From an uncultured Acidobacteriaceae bacterium (GTDB lineage: Bacteria; Acidobacteriota; Terriglobia; Terriglobales; Acidobacteriaceae): a stretch of 64,000 bases of DNA. The stretch spans positions 58,801 through 122,800 of the forward strand of contig CAVVXZ010000024.1 of the NCBI GenBank assembly GCA_963752175.1, in the 5' to 3' direction. A model generated the notes under the pieces. It worked only from the letters and a program-made list of their open reading frames with translations. It was not told where the DNA came from and made no database searches. Below, in pieces: positions 47,710 through 56,095 of the stretch (positions are counted from its first letter, which is position 1; every line of letters starts with the position of its first letter). Position numbers and translations under genes: made by a program.

Positions 47710-48696
47710 TTACCGGTCCGCCGGCGCTTGCAGAACCGCTTCCACGTTCTGAAGCTCTTTGCGCGCGGCTTCGGCCCGCGGACCCGGTGGCTCCTCTTTG
47801 AGGAATAACTCCAGCTGCGCGATCGCGTTCGCGCCGTCGTTTTTCTTCTCGAACGCACGCGCCGCCACGCGATGCACAAAGGCGTGCGGCTTCTCCAGCA
47901 CATGCGCCTTCCGGCAAGTCGCGATCGCTGCGTCGAAATGCTGGTCCTCGTACTCCGCATACGAAAGCAGGATCAGCGCCATTGTGTCGGTAGGATCGAA
48001 GGCGGAGGCTTTGTCCAGCAAGGCTTCTGCGGCTGGATAGTCGCCGGCGTGAATGTGCATTCTGCCCAGATTGACGTAGGCCAACGCAAAATGATCGTTC
48101 ACCCTGATCGCCTTCTCCAGGGCTTCGGCCTCTCGGCGCTGGTCTCCGAGGTACGAATAGAGCACGCCCAGGTTGTTGTAAGCGATGGCGTAGGCAGGAT
48201 CGATCGAGACTGCCTGATTGAGCTCGTGAATGGCCTGCTCCCATTTCTGCTTGCCGATCAACTCATTCGCCTTGTCGAGCTCTTTGCGCGCACGGCTCGG
48301 CACGCTGAGATCGGAGGCGGAAATGAGTGCATTGCCGGGGATGCCGTCGTTGCGGTACACCTCCTTCGGCCGCTTCACCTCAACCTCAAACTCGGCCGGA
48401 CCGCCAGACATCACCGTGATGTCCCCTGCTTCAGCACGCGCAACATGATCGCCTGACACCGTCAAGCGGTAATCTCCTTCCGCCACATTGAGGAAGTCCA
48501 CTACGCACTGATCATTCACCGTGCCTTCGGCAACCGGACCACTGTGTCCCATCAACGTAACTTGAGCCGATCGCTCACAGCCTCCGTTCTCAAACTCAAC
48601 CCGCACCCGTACCCGGCGGACTATCGTGTCGGCACCCAGTTGTGCCGCGACCGAACCTGCCAATAGAAGGAAAACAACACCCAAGCGACTCTTCAT
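47710..48696 (-). CDS. secreted TPR-repeat protein with N-terminal carboxypeptidase-regulatory-like beta domain
   Basis: Signal peptide MKSRLGVVFLLLAGSVAA. TPR consensus runs (AYNNLGVLY, ALAYVNLGRMH). Confidence 0.65.
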   Translation of the reverse strand: MKSRLGVVFLLLAGSVAAQLGADTIVRRVRVRVEFENGGCERSAQVTLMGHSGPVAEGTVNDQCVVDFLNVAEGDYRLTVSGDHVARAEAGDITVMSGGPAEFEVEVKRPKEVYRNDGIPGNALISASDLSVPSRARKELDKANELIGKQKWEQAIHELNQAVSIDPAYAIAYNNLGVLYSYLGDQRREAEALEKAIRVNDHFALAYVNLGRMHIHAGDYPAAEALLDKASAFDPTDTMALILLSYAEYEDQHFDAAIATCRKAHVLEKPHAFVHRVAARAFEKKNDGANAIAQLELFLKEEPPGPRAEAARKELQNVEAVLQAPADR

Positions 48697-48951
48697 GACA
48701 TGCTCCTGAGCTGTTGTCAGGAACCCAATCGTTGCCTGTCACCGAAAGCACGAAGGCTCGTGTCCACAACTTGGGGAGTGAGACGCGCGTGCGGAACATT
48801 CGGTAGCGACGGATCGCAATGTGCGTACGACTTTGTGCGGATTCTTTTTTGGCGTGAAACATCACGCCGAGCTACGAGCGTGTGAGCGCGAAGTGTTGCG
48901 ATGTTGATTGCAATCGAAGAACTTCTAGCGTGAGATTCCAACAAAGACAGC

Positions 48952-48984
48952 ACGCAAATAACAAAGGCCGCTGCGAGAGCGGCC
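48952..48984 (-). terminator. intrinsic terminator after the MoaD/ThiS-like gene
   Basis: The minus strand reads GGCCGCTCTCGCAGCGGCC followed by TTTGTTATTTG, about 40 nt past the stop at 49026. Confidence 0.7.
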
Positions 48985-49025
48985 TGAATCGTTATGTTCG
49001 AAACAGATTGTTGGTGCAACGCGGG

Positions 49026-49307
49026 CTAGTTCGCGCCACCCGCGATCGAGGGCACGAGCAGGACTTCGTCGCCTTCCTGGAAGGCGTAGGTTTGTCCGCC
49101 GAGGAAGCGGATGTCTTCTTCGTTCACATAAATGTTCAAGAAGCGGCGGACCTGCCCTTTGTCATCGCGCAAGTGTGGCTTCAAATCGGGGAACTTTTCG
49201 TCGAGCACGGAGAAGAGTTCTCCGAGATTCGAGGCGGCGCAGGTGATCGATCCCACGCCTTCAGTATGGCGCCGGAGTGCAGTCGGGATTTGTACTGTGA
49301 TCGGCAT
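49026..49307 (-). CDS. MoaD/ThiS-family beta-grasp sulfur-carrier-like protein
   Basis: 93 aa. MPITVQIPTALRRHTEG...NIYVNEEDIRF...GDEVLLVPSIAGGAN, with a di-Gly two residues from the C-terminus. The start lies 1 nt after the upstream stop (TAAcATG). Confidence 0.75.
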   Translation of the reverse strand: MPITVQIPTALRRHTEGVGSITCAASNLGELFSVLDEKFPDLKPHLRDDKGQVRRFLNIYVNEEDIRFLGGQTYAFQEGDEVLLVPSIAGGAN

Positions 49308-49308
49308 G

Positions 49309-50604
49309 TTACGCTCCCACGCCCGTGGCCTCGGCGATAACTCCAGGAATCTCGGAGAGGCTCAGCGTCTGCTGCAGGTAGTGTTCGAACTCCGTCAGCT
49401 TCGGCGCGATCGGCCGCTCCGTCTCGTATACGCCAGCGAGCACATCGGTCGTCTTCAGGCCGTTGCCGGTAATGCAGAGCACGGTCGTCTCTTCCGGTAG
49501 GATCCGGTCTTGACGATACAGCTTGCCCGCTGTCCCGACGGTCACGCCGCCAGCAGTCTCAGTGAAGATGCCTTCCGTTTCCGCCAGCAGCTTGATCGAA
49601 TTGATCACTTCCGGATCGCTGACGTCTTCGCTCCATCCGCCGCTGTTCTTGATGACTTTGATCGCATAGTGTCCGTCAGCAGGATTGCCGATGGCCAGCG
49701 AGCGCGCGATGGTCGTCGGCTTCTGCGGCTCGATCTCAGAGCTTCCTGTCTTCACCGCAGTCGAGATTGGAGAGCAGCCTGTCGCCTGCGCTCCGAAGAA
49801 CTTCACTTCCTTCGCCTCAACCAGGCCGAGCTTGATCAGTTCGTCAAACGCCTTCTTGATCTTCACAATCAGCGATCCGCCCGCCATGGGGCAGACCACG
49901 TTGTCCGGCAGCCGCCATCCCAGTTGCTCGGCAATTTCGAATCCGACCGTCTTCGATCCCTCGGCATAATAAGGACGCAGGTTGACGTTGACGAATCCCC
50001 AGCGATGCTCGTCGGCGATCTGCGAGCAAAGACGGTTGACCTGGTCATAGTTCCCGGCGATGCGCACGACTTTCGCGCCGAAGACGTTGGTCCCAAGAAT
50101 CTTCGCAGGCTCGAGGTCGGAAGGAATAAAGATCCACGCTTTCAGTCCTTCGCGGGCAGCGTGGGCGGCGACGGCGTTGGCCAGGTTTCCAGTCGACGAA
50201 CACGAAACGGTGTCGAAGCCGAACGCCTTCGCCTGCGAGATCGCCACCGCGACGACGCGGTCTTTGAAGCTCAGCGTGGGCAGGCAAACTGCGTCGTTCT
50301 TAAGGTAGACATTCCCCGCGGCGGCGGCCGTTCCCGTCAACTGTTTCGCCAGGCGTGGAGCCTGGAACAGTGGAGTGAAGCCGACCGGCAGCCGCGGTTC
50401 ATAGCCTGGGGGGAGGGGCAACAGTTCGGAGTAGCGCCACATGTTCGGCGGCCGCTGGGCGATCTGCTCCCGACTGATGGATCCTCGGAGGGCGTCGTAG
50501 TCGTAAGCAACTTCCAGGGGGGAGAAACAATCGTCGCAGATGGAGCGGGGCTGGTTTCCCCATGTCCGTCCGCATTCGCGGCACCGCAGTTCGTAGTGAG
50601 ACAT
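49309..50604 (-). CDS. threonine-synthase-family (fold-type II PLP) enzyme with N-terminal Cys4 ribbon; candidate carrier-dependent homocysteine synthase
   Basis: 431 aa. CRECG...CDDC ribbon, the PLP-lysine context PTLSFKDRV, and SSTGNLANA. The family call is confident. The specific function is inferred from the riboswitch and the neighbouring gene. Confidence 0.8.
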   Translation of the reverse strand: MSHYELRCRECGRTWGNQPRSICDDCFSPLEVAYDYDALRGSISREQIAQRPPNMWRYSELLPLPPGYEPRLPVGFTPLFQAPRLAKQLTGTAAAAGNVYLKNDAVCLPTLSFKDRVVAVAISQAKAFGFDTVSCSSTGNLANAVAAHAAREGLKAWIFIPSDLEPAKILGTNVFGAKVVRIAGNYDQVNRLCSQIADEHRWGFVNVNLRPYYAEGSKTVGFEIAEQLGWRLPDNVVCPMAGGSLIVKIKKAFDELIKLGLVEAKEVKFFGAQATGCSPISTAVKTGSSEIEPQKPTTIARSLAIGNPADGHYAIKVIKNSGGWSEDVSDPEVINSIKLLAETEGIFTETAGGVTVGTAGKLYRQDRILPEETTVLCITGNGLKTTDVLAGVYETERPIAPKLTEFEHYLQQTLSLSEIPGVIAEATGVGA

Positions 50605-50645
50605 GTTGCTACTCGCTTTCCTATTCCGAAAACTCGGAATCAGTT

Positions 50646-50684
50646 GTCATCCTGAGCGAGACGGTTTTTGTCTCGCGAAGGACC
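50646..50684. repeat. family B element, degenerate copy in the 5' UTR of the ThrC-like gene
   Basis: GTCATCCTGAGCGAGACGGTTTTTGTCTCGCGAAGGACC. Confidence 0.65.
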
Positions 50685-50794
50685 TGGGCGCGCCGCGCGA
50701 TCAATTTCGCGTTCTTTGCGAAATTGCAAAATCGTGCGTTCGGCGCGCTTCCCTACTAGCGAGTAGCCGGGGACGAGCCTCGAAAAAGTGGCCT

Positions 50795-50836
50795 AAAAAG
50801 CAAATGGCCTCTTTTTCCAGGAAAAGGAAAAGAGGC
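50795..50836 (-). terminator. riboswitch expression-platform terminator
   Basis: The minus strand reads GCCTCTTTTCCTTTTCCTGGAAAAAGAGGC followed by CATTTGCTTTTT. Confidence 0.8.
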
Positions 50837-50874
50837 TATCGGAATGCGGGACTAAATATTGCGCGCGTTCCGAA

Positions 50875-50986
50875 TCCCATGTTCCCTGTTTCCAGGAGAG
50901 AGTTGGCACCAAGCACCCGGGATATATGATCCCGGATCGGTTGCCGTGGCGTCACAGGGCTCGTCCCTCAGCCACTCTGCATGAAA
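50875..50986 (-). promoter_or_regulatory. SAM-I (S-box) riboswitch aptamer
   Basis: Minus-strand RNA: UUUCAUGCAGAGUGGCUGAGGGACGAGCCCUGUGACGCCACGGCAACCGAUCCGGGAUCAUAUAUCCCGGGUGCUUGGUGCCAACUCUCUCCUGGAAACAGGGAACAUGGGA. Conserved blocks AGAG, GGC.GAGGGA, GCCC..UGA.GCC, GGCAACC and GGUGCCAA are present. P3 (CCGGGAU/AUCCCGG) and P4 (UCCUG/CAGGGA) hairpins form, and P1 pairs UUUCAUG with CAUGGGA. Confidence 0.85.
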
Positions 50987-51112
50987 TTCAGGTCCACTTC
51001 CCAATCAAAATTGAAAAATGAACTTGTTCCGACGATAGTACAAAATGCCGGGAGAGGCGTCAAGAGGGAACTGGCTCACTGATTCTGGCAGTGATCCCAG
51101 CCGCGGAGCGGC

Positions 51113-51153
51113 GGCGGGTGGCCCACTCAAGCCCGGTTTTGGCTTGAGTGGGG
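51113..51153. repeat. REP hairpin, left flank of the RAYT gene
   Basis: GGCGGGTGGCCCACTCAAGCCCGGTTTTGGCTTGAGTGGGG. It is the reverse complement (two mismatches) of the element at 51726-51766. Confidence 0.85.
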
Positions 51154-51203
51154 ATGTTCACACGTCACAGACTTAATCCTGCGCACACAACTAAACTGTC
51201 CTC

Positions 51204-51720
51204 ATGCCTTCGGGACTGACACGCTTTCACCAGACTGGTCAAAGTCATTTCGTCACATTCTGCTATTACCACCGCCGTAGTTTGCTTACCACTGACGAAA
51301 ACCGCCGAATCTTCGAGTCAGCCTTGGAGCGCGTGCGGCGACGCTTCAGACTTCAGGTTTACGGCTACGTAGTCATGCCGGAGCACGTTCACCTCCTGCT
51401 CAGCGAACCACAACAGGATACGTTGGCCGAGGCGCTGAAGTCGTTGAAGCAAGGAGTATCGCGGCATTTGATTGGCGAGGCGGCGCATTTCTGGCAAGAG
51501 GGGTACTACGATCTCAACATCCGAAATTACCCGCAGTTTGTGGAAAAGCTGCGCTAGATTCATCGTAATCCGGTGAAGGCAGGGGTTGTGCGAACGTCCG
51601 GAGGACTGGGAGTCGAGCAGCTTTCGCCACTACGCAAATGGCTGTAAGAGACGGGTAGAGATCGAGTCCGAATGGACGGCGCGAAAAAGCGAGCGGCAGG
51701 CAGACTCTGTCCAGCGGTAG
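51204..51720 (+). pseudogene. REP-associated tyrosine transposase (RAYT, IS200/Y1 family), inactivated by a TAG and a frameshift
   Basis: ORF 51204-51557 has the HUH motif PEHVHLLL and ends KLR-TAG. Directly after the TAG comes IHRNPVKAG (normally Y-IHRNPV). At about 51589 the homology continues in the +1 frame: CERPEDWESSSFRHYANG... to the stop at 51718-51720. Confidence 0.8.
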
Positions 51721-51725
51721 AACTG

Positions 51726-51766
51726 CCCCACTCAAACCAAAACCGGGCTTGAGTGGGCCACCCGCC
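51726..51766. repeat. REP hairpin, right flank of the RAYT gene (inverted relative to the left one)
   Basis: CCCCACTCAAACCAAAACCGGGCTTGAGTGGGCCACCCGCC. Confidence 0.85.
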
Positions 51767-52003
51767 GAGGACAGACAGGACGTTCCGCGCTTTTGTCGGT
51801 TACTTCGATAACCACCCCTCAGAGCCATTTCCACCCAATCCAAGCCGTGTTTAACTAGCACTCATCGGCCCCGTCCGCAGCTGGATCGGCAGCCGATCTG
51901 CTTCTGGCTCGAACGGCGAAATCCGAACGGCCAGACTTACACGGACGCATCAGGAACACGATTTCTCTTCTAGTAATTAGGAGAATCAGGAATCAGGAAC
52001 GCG

Positions 52004-52276
52004 ATGCCGAGAACCCGCCTTTACGTGGAATGTCCAAGTTGCCGCATGCAGTACCTGGTGAAGGAATTTAGCCTCACCTACAGCAATGGAGCCTACATCG
52101 AGAACGTTGCCGGTTCGCCGGAATGGCAACGGTTGTTTTGTCCCTGCCAGCCTCGGAGTCCGTATAAGTTCAAATTGAAAGAGAAAGCCCGGGTCCACGT
52201 TCTAAACGAGCCCGAGAGCGAGCAAACCCACTTCTCGCTGAAAGCAATCAAGCCAACAACATCTTTGTCAGCTTAA
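52004..52276 (+). CDS. hypothetical small Cys-containing protein (uncertain)
   Basis: 90 aa with CPSC...CPC spacing, AGGAG upstream (aggagaatcagg...) and a weak hairpin/T-tail downstream. No family recognised. Confidence 0.35.
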   Translation: MPRTRLYVECPSCRMQYLVKEFSLTYSNGAYIENVAGSPEWQRLFCPCQPRSPYKFKLKEKARVHVLNEPESEQTHFSLKAIKPTTSLSA

Positions 52277-52306
52277 GCAAGGCGGGAAAGGAAAGCTACA
52301 AAGTCC

Positions 52307-52340
52307 GGGACGCACGAGACGGCGTCCCATCGCGTCTTTT
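52307..52340 (+). terminator. possible terminator after ORF 52004-52276
   Basis: Stem GGGACGC/GCGTCCC, then ATCGCGTCTTTTCC. Confidence 0.35.
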
Positions 52341-52641
52341 CCACAGCCATCCACAACTAAAAAGTCACTTCGTGTGACGAACGACCTTTACTGAGGGTTT
52401 CAAAAAGAGCAAGCTCGCTACATGGGCGAGAACTCAGCCAGACAGCTCGCGACGACCGATCCCGTCAACGGCCCCTCAGCCCGACGCTAAGTCCTTATTT
52501 CAGAATATTTTACCTATAAGTCCTTGCAGCTCAAGTTTTTGCCCGGATCCACTCCCATCTCCACCGCGCAAGTCATTAAGAATGAATATTTTGCGAACAG
52601 GCCGAAAAAAATGTGGGGGCACTCTCCCGACGATGTCTAGC

Positions 52642-54225
52642 TTAGTGCGGTGGCGGTGGAATAGTCCGTGGCGGGTTCTGGGCGTTCTTATCCATCAGAT
52701 CAAGGCCGAACGACGGCTTATCGTAGGTTCCGGAAATCCGCACCGGTAGAACTTCCCCCTTTTTTCGTTTCTTGAAAAATGGGTCCATGATTTTCAGGAG
52801 AAGCGCTTTGGGGCCGCTGGTCGTGTTGGAGATCTTTGTCTGCACCCGCATCTGCCCGCGCAAATCGACCTTCTCATCGATCAGGCCGTATGTGCCGTGC
52901 ATGCGGGCATGCGCCCCGGGAATGCCGAAGGAAAGATCGACAAAGTGCGCGATGCCGTTATCAAGATCAACTCCTCCAGTGAGGTCGGTCAGCGCCGTCT
53001 CGGAATCGTCGGTACTCTTCTCGCCCAGCGCGCCGGCGCTCAGTTGGTTCACGCCTTGTTGGGTCGAAGGCTCAGCGAATGCTCCGCCGCCAATTCCGAA
53101 GGTGCCGCGGAGCTTCACTTTTCTCAGAAACGGCGTCGGTCCGGAAGGAATCTCCACCTTGGCCTGTGACGAGACCAACCCGGACATAGGCGGCCGGTCT
53201 TTGACGAAGAGTCCAAGCAGATCCTCGATTCGGCCGTTGCGGGCGCTGAGGCGAAGGAGCGCAACCTTTCCTTTTCTGGTGGCAGATCCAGCAATGCTGC
53301 CATCGGCGACTACGTGCGTACTCCGGAAGTGCGCGTCCACTCGGTTCAAGAAGGTGTCGCCGTGCATGGCGTCAACGAACGCGTTGAATTCTGTTTTCAA
53401 ATGGACCGCATGGCCGCTGGATTTCACTTCGAAGTCGGGAGTGTCGGTAGTGCCGGAGATGCTGATGTGACTGAGATTGCCGTCATACTTCCCGACTGAG
53501 GAAAGCAACCCGGAGATGCCTTGGTAGACGCTCAGGTCGGCTTGTTCGAACTTGTAGTCGCCGGAGATCGGCGTCCCCGCCGGATCGTTCTCGTTCCACA
53601 GGCCAAATTTTCCCGTGGTGATGACTTCGCCCGGAGGTTCCGGATTGTGCACCTTCAGGCGGTAAGTGAACGGACCGTTCCATCCCACATCGCGCAGCGA
53701 CGCTTCCCGAATATCGAACCGCAAGGGCGGAACGCCCGGCTGGTGCGATGCGAACTCAAGCGTCGCCCCGTTAGCCACCATCTCACCGACCGTGATGGTA
53801 GAACGCTCGCTGTGAAAGTGCTGCCCGCTACCGAAAGCAGGAATGAAAATGTGCAGGCCCTCTGCCTGGATGAGGCTCACCTGGCGCCGCAGAGTCCCCC
53901 AATACGTTCCGCGGATCGTCAACGTCTCGACGGTCATCAGCGGCGCGGAACCGTCCTGGTGCTGGAAGACGACGCCCTCCAAAATGCATCCGGGATAGGG
54001 GAAGTAAGTTTGGCGAAACGTCCGGACCTTGACCTGGCTGTCGGCCGTCTCTTGCAGATTCTCGATCACGGACTTCTGCTGAAAAGGCCACAAGGGGCTG
54101 TGGAGGAAAACAACGCCGCACACCACCGCCAACAGAAGAAGTATGAAAACCATTTTGCCCAGAAACGGGGCACGGCTCTCCCTCGGACTTATCTTCGCAG
54201 GTGGTGGGACCGTGCCGGCAACCAT
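52642..54225 (-). CDS. AsmA-like outer-membrane biogenesis family protein
   Basis: 527 aa. N-terminal anchor MVFILLLLAVVCGVVFL (alternative start at 54153) and a long beta-rich body. The C-terminal G.Y..P.F..D pattern (VRISGTYDKPSFGLDL) is typical of AsmA-like C-termini. Confidence 0.5.
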   Translation of the reverse strand: MVAGTVPPPAKISPRESRAPFLGKMVFILLLLAVVCGVVFLHSPLWPFQQKSVIENLQETADSQVKVRTFRQTYFPYPGCILEGVVFQHQDGSAPLMTVETLTIRGTYWGTLRRQVSLIQAEGLHIFIPAFGSGQHFHSERSTITVGEMVANGATLEFASHQPGVPPLRFDIREASLRDVGWNGPFTYRLKVHNPEPPGEVITTGKFGLWNENDPAGTPISGDYKFEQADLSVYQGISGLLSSVGKYDGNLSHISISGTTDTPDFEVKSSGHAVHLKTEFNAFVDAMHGDTFLNRVDAHFRSTHVVADGSIAGSATRKGKVALLRLSARNGRIEDLLGLFVKDRPPMSGLVSSQAKVEIPSGPTPFLRKVKLRGTFGIGGGAFAEPSTQQGVNQLSAGALGEKSTDDSETALTDLTGGVDLDNGIAHFVDLSFGIPGAHARMHGTYGLIDEKVDLRGQMRVQTKISNTTSGPKALLLKIMDPFFKKRKKGEVLPVRISGTYDKPSFGLDLMDKNAQNPPRTIPPPPH

Positions 54226-54374
54226 GGGACTTGGACTCCGAACAACGCAGCCTGGTTGCTTGGCAATTCACCGGCGAAGCCGGCGCCCGCAGACCGATGC
54301 GCTCGGCGGCTGCGGTGTACAATTCCTGCCACTCGCCCTGTCCAGGAAATCTGGTCGATTAGACCCTTTGTGGA

Positions 54375-56048
54375 ATGGAGCCTATGAAGCGATTTTCCCG
54401 GATGTTCGCCAACGTGATTCTTAGTTTCGCTGCAATCGCTGTTATTCCATTTGCTGCAAGTTCGTCCGCGCAACAAGCGGAGCCCTCCAAAGCCCCCGCT
54501 GCGAAGAAACCAGCGGCCACTGTGTCGCCCGAAAAGCCGCCCGAGCCCGCGATCAAGCCTGAGGCGCCTCCGGAACAAAGACCAGCGCCTCGTGAAAGTT
54601 CGGGCGACAAAGAAAAGGACAAAGAAGAACGTTACGACATGACGGAGGTGGCGCCGGTGGTGACGCATCATCAGATCACCGTCGACGGCAAATTGCTGAA
54701 GTACACCGCAACCACTGGGCGCCTTCCGATCAAGCGCGGCGACGGGCGGATTGAAGCGCAGATGTTTTATGTCGCTTATACGCTCGACGCGCAGGACGCG
54801 GCCAAGCGTCCGCTGACGTTCGCGTTCAACGGCGGTCCGGGATCGGCCTCCGTCTGGCTGCACATGGGGGCGCTGGGGCCTCGCAAAGTTGTGCTGCAGC
54901 CGGATGGCTTTATGCCTCCCGCGCCTTATCGCATCGAAGACAACGCGTCGACCCTGCTCGACAAGAGCGACCTGGTTCTCATCGACGCGATCGGCACCGG
55001 ATTCAGCCGCGCCGCGGATGCTGAGCTGTTCAAGAAATTCTGGGGCGTCAAGGGAGACATTGAAGCTTTCAGCGAATTCATACGGCTCTACATCACGCGC
55101 AACGATCGCTGGACCTCGCCCCTGTTCCTCTTCGGAGAAAGCTACGGTACGACGCGCTCCGCAGGCATCGCGGGATACCTCGCGGATCGCGGAATTTCGT
55201 TCAACGGGATCACCTTGCTTTCGACCGTGCTGAACTTCGAGACGCTGGAAGATAACAACACCAACGATCAGCCTTACATTTTTCTGATTCCATCGTTCAC
55301 CATGATCGCGGGCTATCACCACAAGCTACCGCCAGATCTGGCGCAGGATATGAACAAGGCGAGGCAGGAATCGGAGCAGTGGGCTTCGACCGAGTACGCG
55401 CAGGCGCTGGCGAAGGGAGACTCTCTTACTCCGCAGGAGCGGCAGAAGGTCATCGATCAACTGGCGCGCTTTACTGGCTTGAGTAAAGAGGTGATTGACG
55501 AGGCCAACCTGCGGATCAACGTTCAGAAGTTTACGCATTATCTGCTGATTGATCAGAAACTGCGCATCGGCCGGCTCGACGGGCGCTATACCGGTCCCGA
55601 TCCGAATGGACTGCTCGACACTCCGTTTTACGATCCGACGGGCTCGGCCACACAACCGCCCTTCACCTCGGTGTTCAACAATTACCTGCGGACGGAGCTA
55701 GGCTACAAGGTTGACATGCCGTATAACGTGCGGGCGTCGCGAGGCCCAAACGACAACTGGGATTGGGGATCGGCGATCCAGGGATTTCCTGACACCGCTT
55801 CAGCGATGCGGCAGGCAATCGTGAAGAACCCTTACCTGAAGATTCTGGTGATGGAAGGGTATTACGATTTGGCGACGCCGTATTACGCCGCGAATTACAC
55901 GGTGGATCATCTCAACCTGCCGCAGAAATATCGAGACAACATTTCGTTTGCCACCTACGATTCGGGACACATGGTGTACTTGCCGGTAGACGGGCTGAAG
56001 AAGTTGAAGGCGGATCAGGCGGCGTTTATGGGGAAGGCGAATCCTTAA
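54375..56048 (+). CDS. secreted S10-family serine carboxypeptidase
   Basis: Signal peptide, a Pro/Lys/Glu-rich linker, NGGPGSAS and the catalytic-Ser motif GESYGTT. A His context lies near the C-terminus (YDSGHMVY). Confidence 0.8.
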   Translation: MEPMKRFSRMFANVILSFAAIAVIPFAASSSAQQAEPSKAPAAKKPAATVSPEKPPEPAIKPEAPPEQRPAPRESSGDKEKDKEERYDMTEVAPVVTHHQITVDGKLLKYTATTGRLPIKRGDGRIEAQMFYVAYTLDAQDAAKRPLTFAFNGGPGSASVWLHMGALGPRKVVLQPDGFMPPAPYRIEDNASTLLDKSDLVLIDAIGTGFSRAADAELFKKFWGVKGDIEAFSEFIRLYITRNDRWTSPLFLFGESYGTTRSAGIAGYLADRGISFNGITLLSTVLNFETLEDNNTNDQPYIFLIPSFTMIAGYHHKLPPDLAQDMNKARQESEQWASTEYAQALAKGDSLTPQERQKVIDQLARFTGLSKEVIDEANLRINVQKFTHYLLIDQKLRIGRLDGRYTGPDPNGLLDTPFYDPTGSATQPPFTSVFNNYLRTELGYKVDMPYNVRASRGPNDNWDWGSAIQGFPDTASAMRQAIVKNPYLKILVMEGYYDLATPYYAANYTVDHLNLPQKYRDNISFATYDSGHMVYLPVDGLKKLKADQAAFMGKANP

Positions 56049-56073
56049 GCACAGAGGACACGAAGGACAATGG
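56049..56073. repeat. family A element, short copy
   Basis: GCACAGAGGACACGAAGGACAATGG, directly after the S10 peptidase stop. Confidence 0.6.
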
Positions 56074-56095
56074 CTGTCGGGGCTTACGAAAGGTT

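Noticed and set aside
47045-48244. 399-aa minus-strand ORF spanning the end of the deacetylase gene and part of the TPR gene
   Set aside because: It is out of frame with both recognisable genes and has an Arg/Ser/Gly-rich product.
49510-50655. 381-aa plus-strand ORF
   Set aside because: Antisense to the ThrC-like gene.
50950-52640. The RAYT region as an integrated prophage or genomic island
   Set aside because: There is no integrase, tRNA target, phage structural gene or direct-repeat boundary. Only the dead RAYT, its REPs and a low-GC spacer are present.
54189-55322. 377-aa minus-strand ORF
   Set aside because: Antisense to the S10 carboxypeptidase gene.
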